Shown: positions 51,724 through 64,000 of the stretch, in pieces
Layout of the letters: each line of letters opens with the position of its first letter
How positions within the stretch are numbered: the stretch's first letter is position 1
Program-made: the position numbers and the translations under genes
Assembly (NCBI GenBank): GCA_044892525.1
Contig: CM097886.1
Location: 129,270,001-129,334,000, forward strand
Origin: Schmidtea polychroa
Lineage: Eukaryota
Direction of reading: 5' to 3'
DNA: 64,000 bases
The notes under the pieces: model-generated
The model's database searches: none
Told to the model about the DNA's origin: nothing
Seen by the model: only the letters and a program-made list of their open reading frames with translations

Positions 51724-54016
51724 ATGAGAGGCCGAAACAATGAACAATACGACAATTATAATACAAATTTTAACAGCTATTTAAGTCCTATGCCAATACA
51801 TATATATCCACAACCATTACATTTGATACAACTGAATGTTGTGAGTATACAAATCATTTTTGATAATTAACTAATAGAATTAATAAATTTAATTTTAATA
51901 ATGGTTTTTATAGGCAATAAGAGGCCGAAACACTCAACAGTACAACAATTATAATAGCAATATAAGAGGCAATCCGTCATCTCTTACATTTCCACAAGCA
52001 TCACATTTGATAAGGCCGGATGATGAAGGTAAGTACCATTTTTCGCAACATTTATGTTACATTTATCAATACGAAGGCCGAAACACTCAACAGTACAACA
52101 ATTATAATAGCAATATAAGAGGCAATCCGTCATCTCTTACATTTCCACAAGCATCACATTTGATAAGGCTGGATGATGAAGGTAAGTACCATTTTTCGCA
52201 ACATTTATGTTACATTTATCAATACGAACAACAGATTATCTTTCTCATATATACACTGAAATCGAGGATTCTCATACAGATACCCTGTACGGAGAGGATG
52301 AAAGGATTGAGAGATCATTACTAAACGAACATTATTTGAACCAAAGGTTACCGATTCAGTTAAGATCTAGAGTAAATATATCGGTAAATAATTATGTTAA
52401 TCCCAACATTCTAAATCTAGTTGCTATCGGACAATTTACAAAACCCCACTGGCAATACTCGTATTCGACATGTTGGCTGTGATTTTTTGAACTTGAGAAA
52501 CCAGTATTTAAACATTGCTAACACGACATCAATTCCAAGCTGTCCCAGGGTCAGGGATGGTTATTTTGGGAATTCTTCAACTCAATTTCAAAGTAATTTT
52601 GATAATTAATTTTCTCATTACGTACTAAAATAGGAACTAGACCCGACATTCTGAACCACTCAAACTTCACAACAAGCGTAATTTCAATTTCTAATGTTAT
52701 CTAGTTTGTACAAATCATTCCAGAACCGACAATCATTCCGTAACCGACAATCACCTGAATTACAACCATTCCAGGACCGACAATCACCTCAATTACAATC
52801 ATTCCAGAATCGACAATCATTCAATAACCGACAATCATTCAATAACCGACAATCACCTCAATTACAATCATTCAACAGAAGGCAACCGGTAAGACTATTT
52901 TTCAATTAATATTCATAAAATGCTTTATAATATGTCTCTGTGATTTTGAAATAAAGTCACTAAAAATATAATAAAATAATTTATAAAACCATTTGAAACC
53001 TAAATTACAACTTTTTTTCTTATAAATCTTCATTTAATTTTCGATTATAGATCTAATAATTTATCCGTTCGATAATCAATTTGTGGAATATAATGAGCAC
53101 GATATACCTAGAATTAATCCATATTTATCGACCATTTTATTTAGTCATTTCAATTTATATATAACATTTAAAATTTAACAAAAAATTAACACAAAATTAC
53201 ATTTAATAATTTTGCAACGTTTTTTTAATTGTGTGGTGAAAAAATTAATATCTCTGTTCCTATAATAAATGTGTTATCCAGAGTAACAAGATTTATTTAC
53301 AAATAAGTGTATGCGTTATCTATATCATAAAATTTAATTATTTATTTAATACTTTTGTACTTTTAAGGTCTCATTTTTTGAATAATATATTTAATTTCTA
53401 TTTCATTTTGTTTACTAATATCGAAAAACAGAAAGCAATGGTAGGTATAATTCTATGAGAGCACTGTTATAGTATCGTTTGTGATGAGTTTTTGTAATTT
53501 TGTAAAATTATCCAGTGGTGAAGTAGAAAATACAAGGTAATTGAAATTTGGGGTTTGCAAAGTTATGATTTTAGATCATTGTTGTTGAAGGAATCGTAAA
53601 AGACTTACTGGAAATAAAATATTTTATCAACTTTCAGAAAATCAAATTCTTTTTCCACTTTTCTTATCTTTTTTTTTAAATCCTTCTTATGATTTATAAA
53701 ATTTTACCTTGTTTCAGGTCATTAACAATCGAGCGTCAGACACTAATGTTACCTTAAGTTCCTCGCATCCAGTTACAGAAGAAACAACTGAAATCCGTGA
53801 AAATGCAAATCAAGAAAATCACGATGTAAAATATGATTTATTTGTATTTAATCATCGTCAATTTAGGGAATAAATGTATGCACAGTCTGTCTCGACAGAA
53901 AAATAAATACCGCTTTGAACTGTGGCCATACATTATGTGACAATTGCGCTATGAGGATACAAGCCTGTCACATTTGCAGGAAACGTATCCAAAAGAAAAT
54001 TAGGATTTATTTGTAA
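51724..54016 (+). CDS. Multi-exon N/Q-rich protein with C-terminal Mind-bomb-type RING finger (putative E3 ligase, ~370 aa from ATG 51724, 5' end uncertain)
   Basis: Manual model: exons 51724-51840, 51914-52028, 52077-52181, 52235-52371, 52421-52592, 52634-52677, 52724-52888, 53718-53825, 53867-54016. All introns are GT-AG and phases are compatible (1113 nt). Last exon encodes CTVCLDRKINTALNCGHTLCDNCAMRIQACHICRKRIQKKIRIYL*, with AATAAA overlapping the stop. Confidence 0.75.
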
Positions 54017-55339
54017 ATAAATTTATTCTTTTCCACTTATTATATTTCTCATGATTTTCATATTAGTCTTTGTAAGACTGGATCAAAACAATATATAAGT
54101 TACAAGATATTTTGTCACAGCCTACTGCGTATTTCTTGTTAGATAATATAAATAAAATTAAAAAGGTCATAAAATGATAGGGCTTTATCTTTATTCATTT
54201 CTTACATCCTAAAGCTTTTATATTTAGATGTTTGATATTTTCAATAATCACATAATTTTCACGGTTTTGAAAATCATATTTTGTAACTATAAAATTAATG
54301 CTTTAAAATAACTGCCAGAAATTGTAAATAACATTTAAAAAAATGCTTGGAACAAAAAAAATGCAATACAAAATAAGTAATTTCATTTATGACCAAATCG
54401 AAGTTAAATTGATGATCACAGGTCACCAAATAAAACCTTTCCATACATTTGGAATGTTCTTCAACTATTAGCAATTCAAAAATAAATTTGCATTTATTTT
54501 AAGTAGTATTAGTACTGATGATTTAGAAGATAAAATTTTATGCTCATGATATGATGAGTGAGAATGATAGAGATAATGACATAAGCCTCTGATTATCAAA
54601 TAATCAAGTATTTTGATTCTTAACTTATTTTGCAAATAAGCTCGATTTTATTATTAAAACTTTTTAAATAATGGTTCCAAGTTTTTGCATTTATAATTGT
54701 AAAAAATATTTTGATGGTTGAGGTATTGTGAAATTGAATGATGATATTGCTCAAAATATTATATATATATATATTTTGGAAATTGTTTGTTTTAATAATA
54801 CATTTGTTGCAGTTTCCCCTTCAGTTGATGCGATTTCATTAGATAGGCTAGGTGTTCGCAATTGTAGATAACCAATTCTGTTAACATCTTTCACTTATCT
54901 AACTCCTCGCCGTCAACTGTTTAAGATTCCTCATGACTATTTCACATAGGACGCGGTGCCCATGGAAGTTGCTCCATGTTGGTACTGCTTCAAGTCGTCG
55001 AAAATTTATAAGGTGAGCTGGTGTCCTTACAACTACTTCTTGATATTTCTGTACGGGTTCTGGGAGACCGATAGAAGTCTTATCCTCGTATATGATTCGT
55101 GTTAATATATATGCAGATAAGCAGATAAGCAAAAATCTCTGGTCCAATCGAGATTATTAAACTTTCTCTACTTAGTTATGAAATAATTAAATCACTGAGA
55201 AGTTATGAAAAAAAAATTAAAAGACATAAAATATCAATATGTACTGCAGGTGAAACTGTACAAATAGATGAGCAAGAATCGAAATTTATCACCAATAAAG
55301 TCAATTCGCACTCTGAAACATGTAGCAATAGGTTGAGGT

Positions 55340-56091
55340 GACTGCAGATAATCATTGCCTAGATGGAGAAGCTTGGTCATTCCATCTCTCCTATTTTAGC
55401 GGCTCAAAACTCATTCCCTTCTACTTCTCGGAGCAGACGATCAGTTTCTCCTTCAAGTTGTGGGTCTTCCAATCATGGAGTGCCGACAGCTGGTATCACT
55501 CTATAGTAGTTCAGTTATTGCTTGAGTAGCGATGAGTCCAGTCTTGGTTGGAAGGGATCCGAGAATAGCGCGGCTTCGACAGCGGCTAACTCATCCTTCT
55601 TGAGCATAGAACGCTGCACTGGTGTGAGCTTCCTTCTTTTCGGGCGATTGATTGGGTTAGAAGTGGATGGCATGGCAAAAGGTGCAAGCGTTACTAGTTC
55701 CAATGTAGACAATATCCGGTGCGGGTGAAGTAGAGACAGGTGGTTCTTTTAGATGGCTTGGAGTCATCTGGCAAGTGATGAATTGGAAATATATTGTGTG
55801 TGTCAGAGATTGGACATTTCGTGATGCGTTTGCGTAACTCGGACTCGGATGAGATTCGATGCAATATCATTGATTGTTCTTTGATAATGAGTCTCTGATT
55901 TCTACTCTCTTCTAGCAGGTTATCCCTGCAATATTCTAGCCTCAAGAATTTACGATTTGCCTCCCCTCCATGTGGTCAATACGTTTTGTCAGACTCCTGA
56001 TCTCCAATTGCACCTTTCTCATCATTGCATTTTTGTCTGCGCATGAAAAACACGGTTTTACGCCAGACTTGGTTAGAGTTGGTTCCGAAAT
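55340..56091 (-). pseudogene. Orphan element ORF, diverged copy 3 (multiple frameshifts, ATG position reads ATT)
   Basis: VKPCFSCADKNAMMRKVQLEIRSLTKRIDHMEG, RLEYCRDNLLEE..IKEQS, NIFPIHHL, RPKRRK..EAAL and RVIPAV align to copies 1 and 2. Confidence 0.75.
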
Positions 56092-56699
56092 TTTCTATAA
56101 ATGAGACATTTAAGAATGAATAAATCATATTTTGGATGATTAGTCCGTCGACAAAGGATACTGCATTCACTACAGTGTTCTCATTTATACGTCAAAAATG
56201 GTTCCAACGAAGTAAAGATCAATTTCACCGGGGGATGACGACAACATTCAGGGTATTATTAACATTTAATCCTATTGTTAAAAATCATTTTATCTACTTA
56301 TTAAAAATCTATTGATATAATATACATTTATTTATTAAAAGTTTTACTGTTACCAGATTTATTTACTTATCATCTTTTACTTATCATTTGTCTTTATCCT
56401 ACTTATCCACTTGTTAATATTTTGTTAATACGATGTTTATTATACATTTATAGTTTATTATTCTTTGCCAACATTTACTGCAACATTTATTTACTAAATA
56501 TCAGTCTTAAATGTGGAGCTCTTTTCAGATCGTCAGTCCTAGAAGTTTTTGGATAGTCATTACCTCACTATTTTTAATTAACAAGATGATCACTTCCGAA
56601 GTTGGGTTAAAACTAGCATTGACGAGATTGAACGTCCACAATACTGGTTTATCAGAACAATACGTTTGCCATTTTAATCTTTCCCAGCATACCTTAGAG

Positions 56700-56912
56700 C
56701 AGTGGTTCTCAAAGTGTGGGTCGCGACCCACGATGGGGTTGTAGAAATTTCAAGAAAACGGAAGATTGTAACTAAAAAAAATATTAGGTTGGCTTCAAAA
56801 TAAAATATTTTTTGAATATAATAAATATTTTATTTTATATTACTATTTTCATCGACAGAATATTTGCTAGGGTTAATGAGGTCGCTAAGTAAAAAAGGTT
56901 TGAGAAGCTCTG
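56700..56912. mobile_element. hAT (Charlie/Buster-type) MITE, 213 bp
   Basis: TIR CAGTGGTTCTCAAA / TTTGAGAAGCTCTG, 8-bp TSD CCTTAGAG (56692-99, 56913-20). Confidence 0.9.
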
Positions 56913-58131
56913 CCTTAGAGAGTAGTAATAGCAATGAAAGATGCAAGACTGGCAGGGAAGGCTTCGCTGGGCAGCGATGACCCATTTAAACATGGTGGCG
57001 AGTTTCATTTGGATTATAGTACCAGAACTACCGTATCATAAGTTTAATTGAATCAGTTTGATATATTTACATTTCTCAACTGCTACTGTCGTGAGATAAA
57101 ATTGAATTGAGGTTTCTAAGTGTTATCAGAGGTTATAAACAAATGTGCGGTGATACCATAAATTTAATTAATCTTGGAAAGTTTCCAAGAATTTCCAAGT
57201 TAATTCGGCCAGCGCTAAATAGATTGTCGACCTGATCTCAATCACTCTCGCCTTTTGGCTTATTAAAACCCTTCTCTCGAGATATTGTTTACCTATCATT
57301 TGTCGGTCTGCAACTTTTATTTGCATTCAAGGTGATGTCGATTTGCTAGATCGGAAACCTTTTGTTGATTTGACAAATATCAGAGTAACTTCGTCTATCA
57401 TATGAACTGATTAAATATTCTATGCAATTCCATAAAATCTCAGGGAAACATGATGCTAACGACTATTATCATCTTATACTTATTTCAGACGACTCATTCA
57501 ACGGGAATGATATTCTATCACCACTTTACAAAAAAGAATCTATACCATTTCTCCTGCCGGAATTTTCATCATCAATTTCGTCATTGTACCATACTAGTTT
57601 CCCTATCAATACTATGAGTTGAAGATCTTAACTGAACTATACACTACTCTGAATTTATGATAATTACTGCTATTGATTCGATCTATATTGTTCCACGTTC
57701 TCATTTAGTCGATTAACCGAGTTTCTACGATGGAGTTCCTAATCGCTCCTACTGGATCTTATCTCGACTTCCAAAAACTCTCTACATTCAACTTAGATTT
57801 CCTATTACTATACTCAAATCGGTCAAAATGAACTCTATATTCTATTAACAATCCTATCTCTGACTTCATAAAACAGTGCGCCAAACTGTCCAACACCCGC
57901 TGTCGGATCAGCACGAGTGCCAATGGTTCACGAACATCTTTCAATCTGGTGGCATCAATAAATCAGCAAAATCATAAAAAATGAATCATCCATAAAATCA
58001 TAAAATCCTTGAAAATTGTTATAATTACTTCTACTTTTAATAAAATATTCATAAAATTGTGAGAGGAAAAAGAAAGTTTGTTTGTTTAAAAATTGTTATA
58101 GTTATAAATACAATACTTTACTACTAATATA

Positions 58132-60684
58132 CACCTAATTCTGTTTTTACGCGAATTTGATTTAACGCGATTCAAAAAATTATTTCGTTCTGTTTTTACA
58201 CGATTTGATTTGATTTAACGTGATTAAAAAAAATTCATTTTTTAACAAGAAAAAACATGTATGTACATGTATGTACATAATTCTTTATAGTTTACTGCTA
58301 ATTTGTAGTTTAGGTTTAAAACAATTTCTATTTTAATGTATGTACAATAATCAAAATTCTGAGGTGAGAAAACAAAAATATTTACATTGACATGTACCTT
58401 TATTTTTCTAAAACATTTGAATTTTTTAAAGTTATTCGATAATAGGTGTTATAATAGGTGTTTTAGTATAAAATACCAATCCAAATTTGGTATCAATTGC
58501 GTTTGAAGATTTTACCAAGAGATTTATACAATTCCTGAATTCAATTAACGGTAATTTATAATTTGAAGTGCATTTATTTATTACCTGCAAATAAATTATT
58601 TTTATAGGGACCTCATTACAATTAACAATGTCAGCTAAAAAACAAACGAATAGAAAAGCTATTTCTTTGGAAGTTAAAATCAAAATTTTGGATAGACTAG
58701 CCACTGGAGAAGGTGCCACTTCTGTAGGAAAATATTTTAATTTAAAAGAATCTACCATAAGAACAATAAACAAAAATGAAGAAGCTATCAGAAAATCTGT
58801 GATTGCTGGAACAAATATGAGTGCTCATACATCATCATACACAAGAGACATTGTAAAAGAGAAAATGGAGAAGGCTCTTGTAATATGGATGAAGGATTGC
58901 TCACAAAAACGAATATCAGTTGACGGAAATGGCATAAAGCAGATGGCATTACGTATCTATAAGCAGATGAAAGAAATGGAACCACAAACATCAGGCCAGA
59001 GAGATAAAAAATTTGAATTTTCTGCAAATACAAGTTGGATGACAGGTTATCAGCAAAGGCACGCGCTGCATAATATAAAAATTAGGGGTGAAATTGCATC
59101 TGCAGATGAGGTAGCAGCCAAAGAATTTCCCCAAAAATTGGCTAAAATAATTGAAGAAGGTGGCTACACTGCTGATCAGGTATGGAATGCAGATGAAACC
59201 GGCCTTTTCTGGAAACGAATGCCGAGCAGAACATACGTAGCTAAATCCCAAAAAATTGCAAGTGGGTTTAAAGTAGCCAAGGATCGTGTGACCTTTTTAT
59301 TTTGTTCTAACGTTTCAGGAGATCGAATGCTAAAACCTTTACTTGTAAATCGAGCTCTAAAACCACGGTCAATGAAAGGTGTAAATTTCAGTACATTGCC
59401 AGTTCACTGGACAGCTAATAAAAAAGCTTGGGTGACAACTGAGACTTTTAAGGAGTGGTTCCTCTATATCGCCGCTATATGAGCGATAAAGGTCTTGAAT
59501 TCAAGGTTCTGTTGATTATAGACAACGCACCAGGTCATCCCCATATGGAGCATCCAAATGTCGAATTTTGTTTTTTGCCACCCAATACTACTTCGTTGAT
59601 ACAACCACTGGATCAAGGAATTATAGCAACCTTTAAAACCTATTATGTTAAGCAAACATTCCGGTATATTTTAGATCAATTAATGAATGATGACAATTTA
59701 AAAGTTATGGACGCGTGGAAGAAATTTTCTATTAATGACTGCATCAAACATGCTGGATTAGCGCTATCCGAACTAAAACCATCAACTTTAAACGTATGTT
59801 GGAAGTCCCTTTGGCCGGAATGCGTCCAAAATAAAGATCCGATACCTTCTAATGCAGTCGAGTTTAGCAATATCATAGCCTTAGCTCATGAAGTAGGCGG
59901 AGAAGGTTTTGATGATCTATCGTCTGCAGATATAGAAGAACTATTAGTGGATACGGTACTTAGCAGTGATGAAATCATTGCTTTTGCGCTTGAGACACTT
60001 GATGTGCAAGAAATTAGCGAAGATGACGACGTAGAGGTTCCTACACTCACCGCAGATCTAATTAAAGAAGGACTTCAACTAGCAGCTAAATTAAGCGATC
60101 ATTTTGGCAAGCATGATCCTATTGAGGAAAGAGCTCGGAAATTTCAACGTGACGTGAAATTATTAATGGGAAATTATCGCGAATTACATAACAGCATTAT
60201 CAAACCCAGACAACAACAATTGATTACTGAATTTTTGCTAGAACCGCTAAAACATCAACACCACTTCAACATGAAAATGAAGTGGAAAATATTTCTAGTG
60301 ATGGCAGTGATTGTGGCGTTCAAGTCTCAAGTAAACGAATACGTATATCATCAGGAAGTGACAGCAATTAAAAAATATGTTTAATGATATATTTTGCCAC
60401 TTTTTGTTTTACTAAAATGAATTTTTTGTGATTTTTTTGTTAAATAATGAATTTTCTTTGTTAAATTAGTATTTTTTTTTGTTTGTCGTTATTTTATTAA
60501 TAAATATATATTTAAATAAATAAAAGTGTATAAAACACGTAAAAACCATGAATTTGTATACTTTAATCACATTATTTTAGTTGATTTTGGAAATGAAGAA
60601 CCAATCCTCTACTTTTATATGGACACCATATCTTTTTTTACGCGTATTTTCGGGGAACGTATCGCGTGAAAACAGAATTAGGTG
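58132..60684 (+). mobile_element. Full-length Tigger/pogo transposon (2553 bp)
   Basis: 23-bp TIRs CACCTAATTCTGTTTT(T/C)ACGCGA (22/23 match) with TA on both sides. Confidence 0.95.
58628..60384 (+). pseudogene. Tigger transposase split by one frameshift near 59470
   Basis: ORF 58628-59482 (HTH psq/CENP-B, WNADETGLFWK) and ORF 59455-60384 (LLIIDNAPGH...IQPLDQG, DD29D spacing by count). Confidence 0.9.
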
Positions 60685-62499
60685 TACATGAAACATTTCA
60701 CATTCAAAATCAACAAATATAATCACATTTTTCCGAGATACTGGCTCAAAAGGTTAAACTGGATCTATTCGATTTATACTTCTCGATTAAATTGGTTCAA
60801 AATGTTAAATAGATTGATTTGATTGATATTGCTTGATCTTAACTTGGAGAACCTAATGTAAAGTAAGAAATATCATTTTAAGAAAATTCATTTCCTTAAT
60901 GTAAAGTAAAAAAGAGCATTGGGAAATCCATCTCTGATGCTCGTATATATACGGGTTTAGCTACGATCTTATCCAATCAGGATTAAGTATTGGTGCAATT
61001 TGTACATTTTTTGTATTTTATTTATTATTTTAATGTTAGGCTTTTAATTAATTAAATTTTGTTTTATTAATTTATTTTTTTAATTATATTTTCCTCGATC
61101 TGATTTATTCCTATTTATACCCTATTTTGTTGCGTATTTTCTTAATTTTATTTAGTTTAATTATTTATTAATTTCCTTATTTTATTTTATTTTATTTTAA
61201 TTATTATTATACAAGTTATTATTCTTATATTCGTGTTGAAATTCATGTTGAAATTCCTAGCTGAGAAAATACAAGATTCTATGTTAAAATAATAGAAATT
61301 AAAATCCAAAGTTTTTCTCAAAAGGTGTTTTACTCGTTCCAGCCCAAGGCATTGTTGAGATCGTTTTATTTATAAAATTAAATCTTATTCTAACAGTAAT
61401 TATATTTACTTATTTACTATTAATTTCTGCAAAGTCTTTTTATATTGAACTGAATTTTGTCTCTGCCATCGTTCATCTCTTGATTAATCTACGATATTTA
61501 ACCTTTAAATACATTTGATGCATTAGCTCGGGTTTCCCATTATTTCTGGTTTTCTATTAGCTAATTAATTTTAGGTTTTTTATAATTATTTCTTTCTAGG
61601 GACCCCATTGACTTTATATTTATCATATTTGAACTCGACTCATTGTTCGGCATCCACCCATACCAGTTTCCCCCGGAAAATATTCATTTTAATTTTTTTT
61701 TATTTTTAATTAATATTTTATACTTTAAATTATTATTGTGATTTTGATGTTTAATTGTTTTTCACCTTGTTTTTGTGCCTGTCTCGTCGAACCCCAACAC
61801 ATTCATAGCAAGGTTTAGATGAATATTTTCCCTCTCAAATTTCTGTGTATTACACATATCTATAGGGCTATTATAAGGTCATAATTAATCTCGTTCAATA
61901 AGCTAGTATATTTGGTTATTCTATTCCAATAATTTCTAATCTGATCATGTTTTAATATAGCAAGTACACTATATAAAGCACATGTTGTCTGTAGTCTTAA
62001 TGTTCACTATGGCAGTTTTATTATACAACAATGATGGTGTTTGTAAATGGATGTCCAGATAATCGATTAATTGGAAAATATTTGCTCAAGATAAAGTCAT
62101 TGTCTTTAATTTTATTTATTCTCCACAAACTACCAAGATATGTAAATCTATCAATTTTATCGTTTAATTTTTGTAATCCTTTAATCAAAAAATCATCCGA
62201 GAAAACCTGTGCAGTATTTAAAAAATAGTCCCTAATTTTTTAATATTGGGTGAAAACTGTAAATTGTACTTTTACAGACACTATCTTGTTAATTTCTAAC
62301 GCTAGACGGTCATTAATTTTATGTCGAAGATATTTATAATTTGTAATATACTTCTAAAATATAATTATATTCATGAAATAACCGCTAGTTTATTTATACT
62401 TAAAAAAACTACTATAATTAGTCATTTTTAAATGCGTAATATGTTATTACATGATTTGTTAATATTTATCGTCGTTAGTAATATCTAATTTAGAATTTA

Positions 62500-62900
62500 T
62501 AATGTTATCTAAGTTATTGAAAAAAGTTTTTGATGACAATTCAGATATATGGAAACATAATTTAAAGAATAAAATCACAAAACGTTCAGAAATACCTATA
62601 AAATTAACAGAATTAATTGGACTTACTTGGAATTATATCAATTCATTAGAGAAAGGAAGGCGAGGTAAGACAAAATTACAGAGGAAATTATACGTCTTTG
62701 GATGAAATTTAATTTTCCCTTTGTATCGAACAACATGTTTCCACAAAAAAATAAGTAAATAAGTAATTTTATTTATCGTAAGAAATGAAAAATTCGAGAA
62801 GGATTTGTTTGGTGTTTTTGACATTACAAAAGTAAAAGGGTATTGGTTGAGTTCAGAAGACAAACATTTAACAATGGTTGAATCCAATAGTATATAGCCT
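62500..62900 (+). mobile_element. Possible piggyBac transposase relic
   Basis: ELIGL...EEIIRLW...FPFVSNNM resembles the piggyBac N-terminal catalytic region. Heavily decayed. Confidence 0.3.
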
Positions 62901-63885
62901 CGAAATTAGCATCTGTATCAACAATTAATCAATCAAAGCGAAGTATAGTTGGTAGTGACATCAATTGAGTAAAGTAGTGGCGAATTATCCGATGAGTGCT
63001 TGAATGAAAATGTTTCTATTATGTCACCTGATGCGTTAATGGAAACTGATACACAGATAAAGAAAGGAAATAACAATGTACAATAAATTTAGATTTGCAA
63101 TTTTTAAGCTGAGAAAATTTTATTTTTGGACATTTTTAAAATTTGGGAAATTTAAAATTTTGGGATTTTTCGAGTTGGAAATATCTTGTAAATATGTTGT
63201 ATTTTTTCCAATTTTTTTATATAAAAGTTTTATCTAAGTGGTGTGCCTTGAAATACTTTGTTTTCAAAATTTTATCCAGGTATTTTTATATGTCAAGACC
63301 TTCATATTAAAGTACTTTGAGTAGAACTACATAATTTTTCAAAGATTTTCTAAGTCAGTGATTTGATCTATCTATTTTTAAAAAAAAATTCGAAGTATTT
63401 CATTCAATCTTTTGTTCATTGTAACACCATGTGTTGAAAAATATGGTTTTATTTCTATCATATAAGATCACATGTGTTTGATAATACAGTAACTACTCTC
63501 TTATCCGCCAAAAACGGGACTATAAAAAAGGTGGCGGTTTCTAAAAAATGACGGCTTTTAGAGTAAAAAATAATAAAATTTAATAAAAAAATCTAGTAAA
63601 AAATTCATTTCTTTATTGTGCAGTTATCTAAAGTCATATTAAATTTTCGTTTTTTCTGTTTTTAATTTTAATTTAGAGACTTTGGAGCTCATTTCCATGG
63701 GAACTAAGCATTTTTAATGTATAAATACCATATAATCAATATATTGGATCTAATAGAAAAATAATATCTATCTAATATATTATCCTATGACATATTATAC
63801 TATGTATTTTATAAAAATAGAAAAAGTATTCAAAATTAAAGAAATTATGAAAAACTATATTTTATAAAGCTTGAATATGTGATTA

Positions 63886-64000
63886 TTATATATCTTTCCT
63901 ACGAATGGCAGCTCTATTTGTAATCACGGCTTTGTATCCAGCAGATTGTTTAGCAACGACGTTCCGAGATCCGCAAGCTCCACAATTGAGAAACAATAGA
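63886..64000 (-). CDS. EIF2S2: eIF2 beta subunit, copy 3 (C-terminal 38 codons; continues beyond the window)
   Basis: Encodes LLFLNCGACGSRNVVAKQSAGYKAVITNRAAIRRKDI*, nearly identical to the copy 1 and 2 C-termini. Confidence 0.85.
   Translation of the reverse strand, partial: LLFLNCGACGSRNVVAKQSAGYKAVITNRAAIRRKDI

Larger units (their letters stand above)
54805..61799 (-). mobile_element. Unclassified element, diverged copy 3 (about 4219 bp after removing nested Tigger and hAT MITE)
   Basis: CATT|TGTTG (54805) ... CCCAACA|CATT (61799). 5' block homology at 54955-55040, ORF homology at 55340-56091, and a CCAAT/TATA and duplicated CATTAAG leader region at ~60845-60985. Confidence 0.7.

Noticed and set aside
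52705-52888. Short tandem repeats as a CRISPR-like array
   Set aside because: There are no unique spacers. The repeats are in frame within a coding exon of a eukaryotic gene.
55250-55330. Splice-bounded segment as a further exon of the RING gene
   Set aside because: It lies after the stop codon and poly(A) signal at ~54016 and inside element copy 3.
61339-61355. CCCAAGGCA|TTGT as the true end of copy 3
   Set aside because: The end at 61799 gives the canonical CCCAACA with a matching CATT duplication and a TGTTG start, so the internal site is treated as vestigial.

Overview
This is an AT-rich (roughly 70-75% AT by eye) animal-like eukaryotic scaffold with five N gaps and short (41-73 nt) GT-AG introns. 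No prokaryotic features or CRISPR arrays were seen, and the species cannot be determined from this window. Most of it is nested transposon debris: hAT (KIAA1586/ZNF862-, ZMYM1- and Buster/GTF2IRD2-like), Tc1, pogo/Tigger, piggyBac, MULE, Penelope, Ty3/gypsy, a possible LINE, and several MITEs. Host-type genes are three same-strand, intronless copies of a short divergent eIF2-beta (two complete, one cut by the window end), a 9-exon N/Q-rich protein with a Mind-bomb-type C-terminal RING, a candidate C2H2 zinc-finger exon and a 5'-truncated 5S rRNA copy. The most striking feature is a family of three 3.4-4.2 kb insertions (19041-22997, 24220-28277, 54805-61799). Each has TG(T/C)TG...CAACA ends and a 4-bp target-site duplication but no RT, integrase or transposase. 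Each carries a minus-strand promoter region, a short duplicated leader ending in a splice donor (clear in copies 1-2, degraded in copy 3), a splice acceptor, and a conserved ~251-aa orphan CxxC/coiled-coil/basic ORF. They look like giant gene-bearing solo LTRs or an unclassified integrase-mobilised element.
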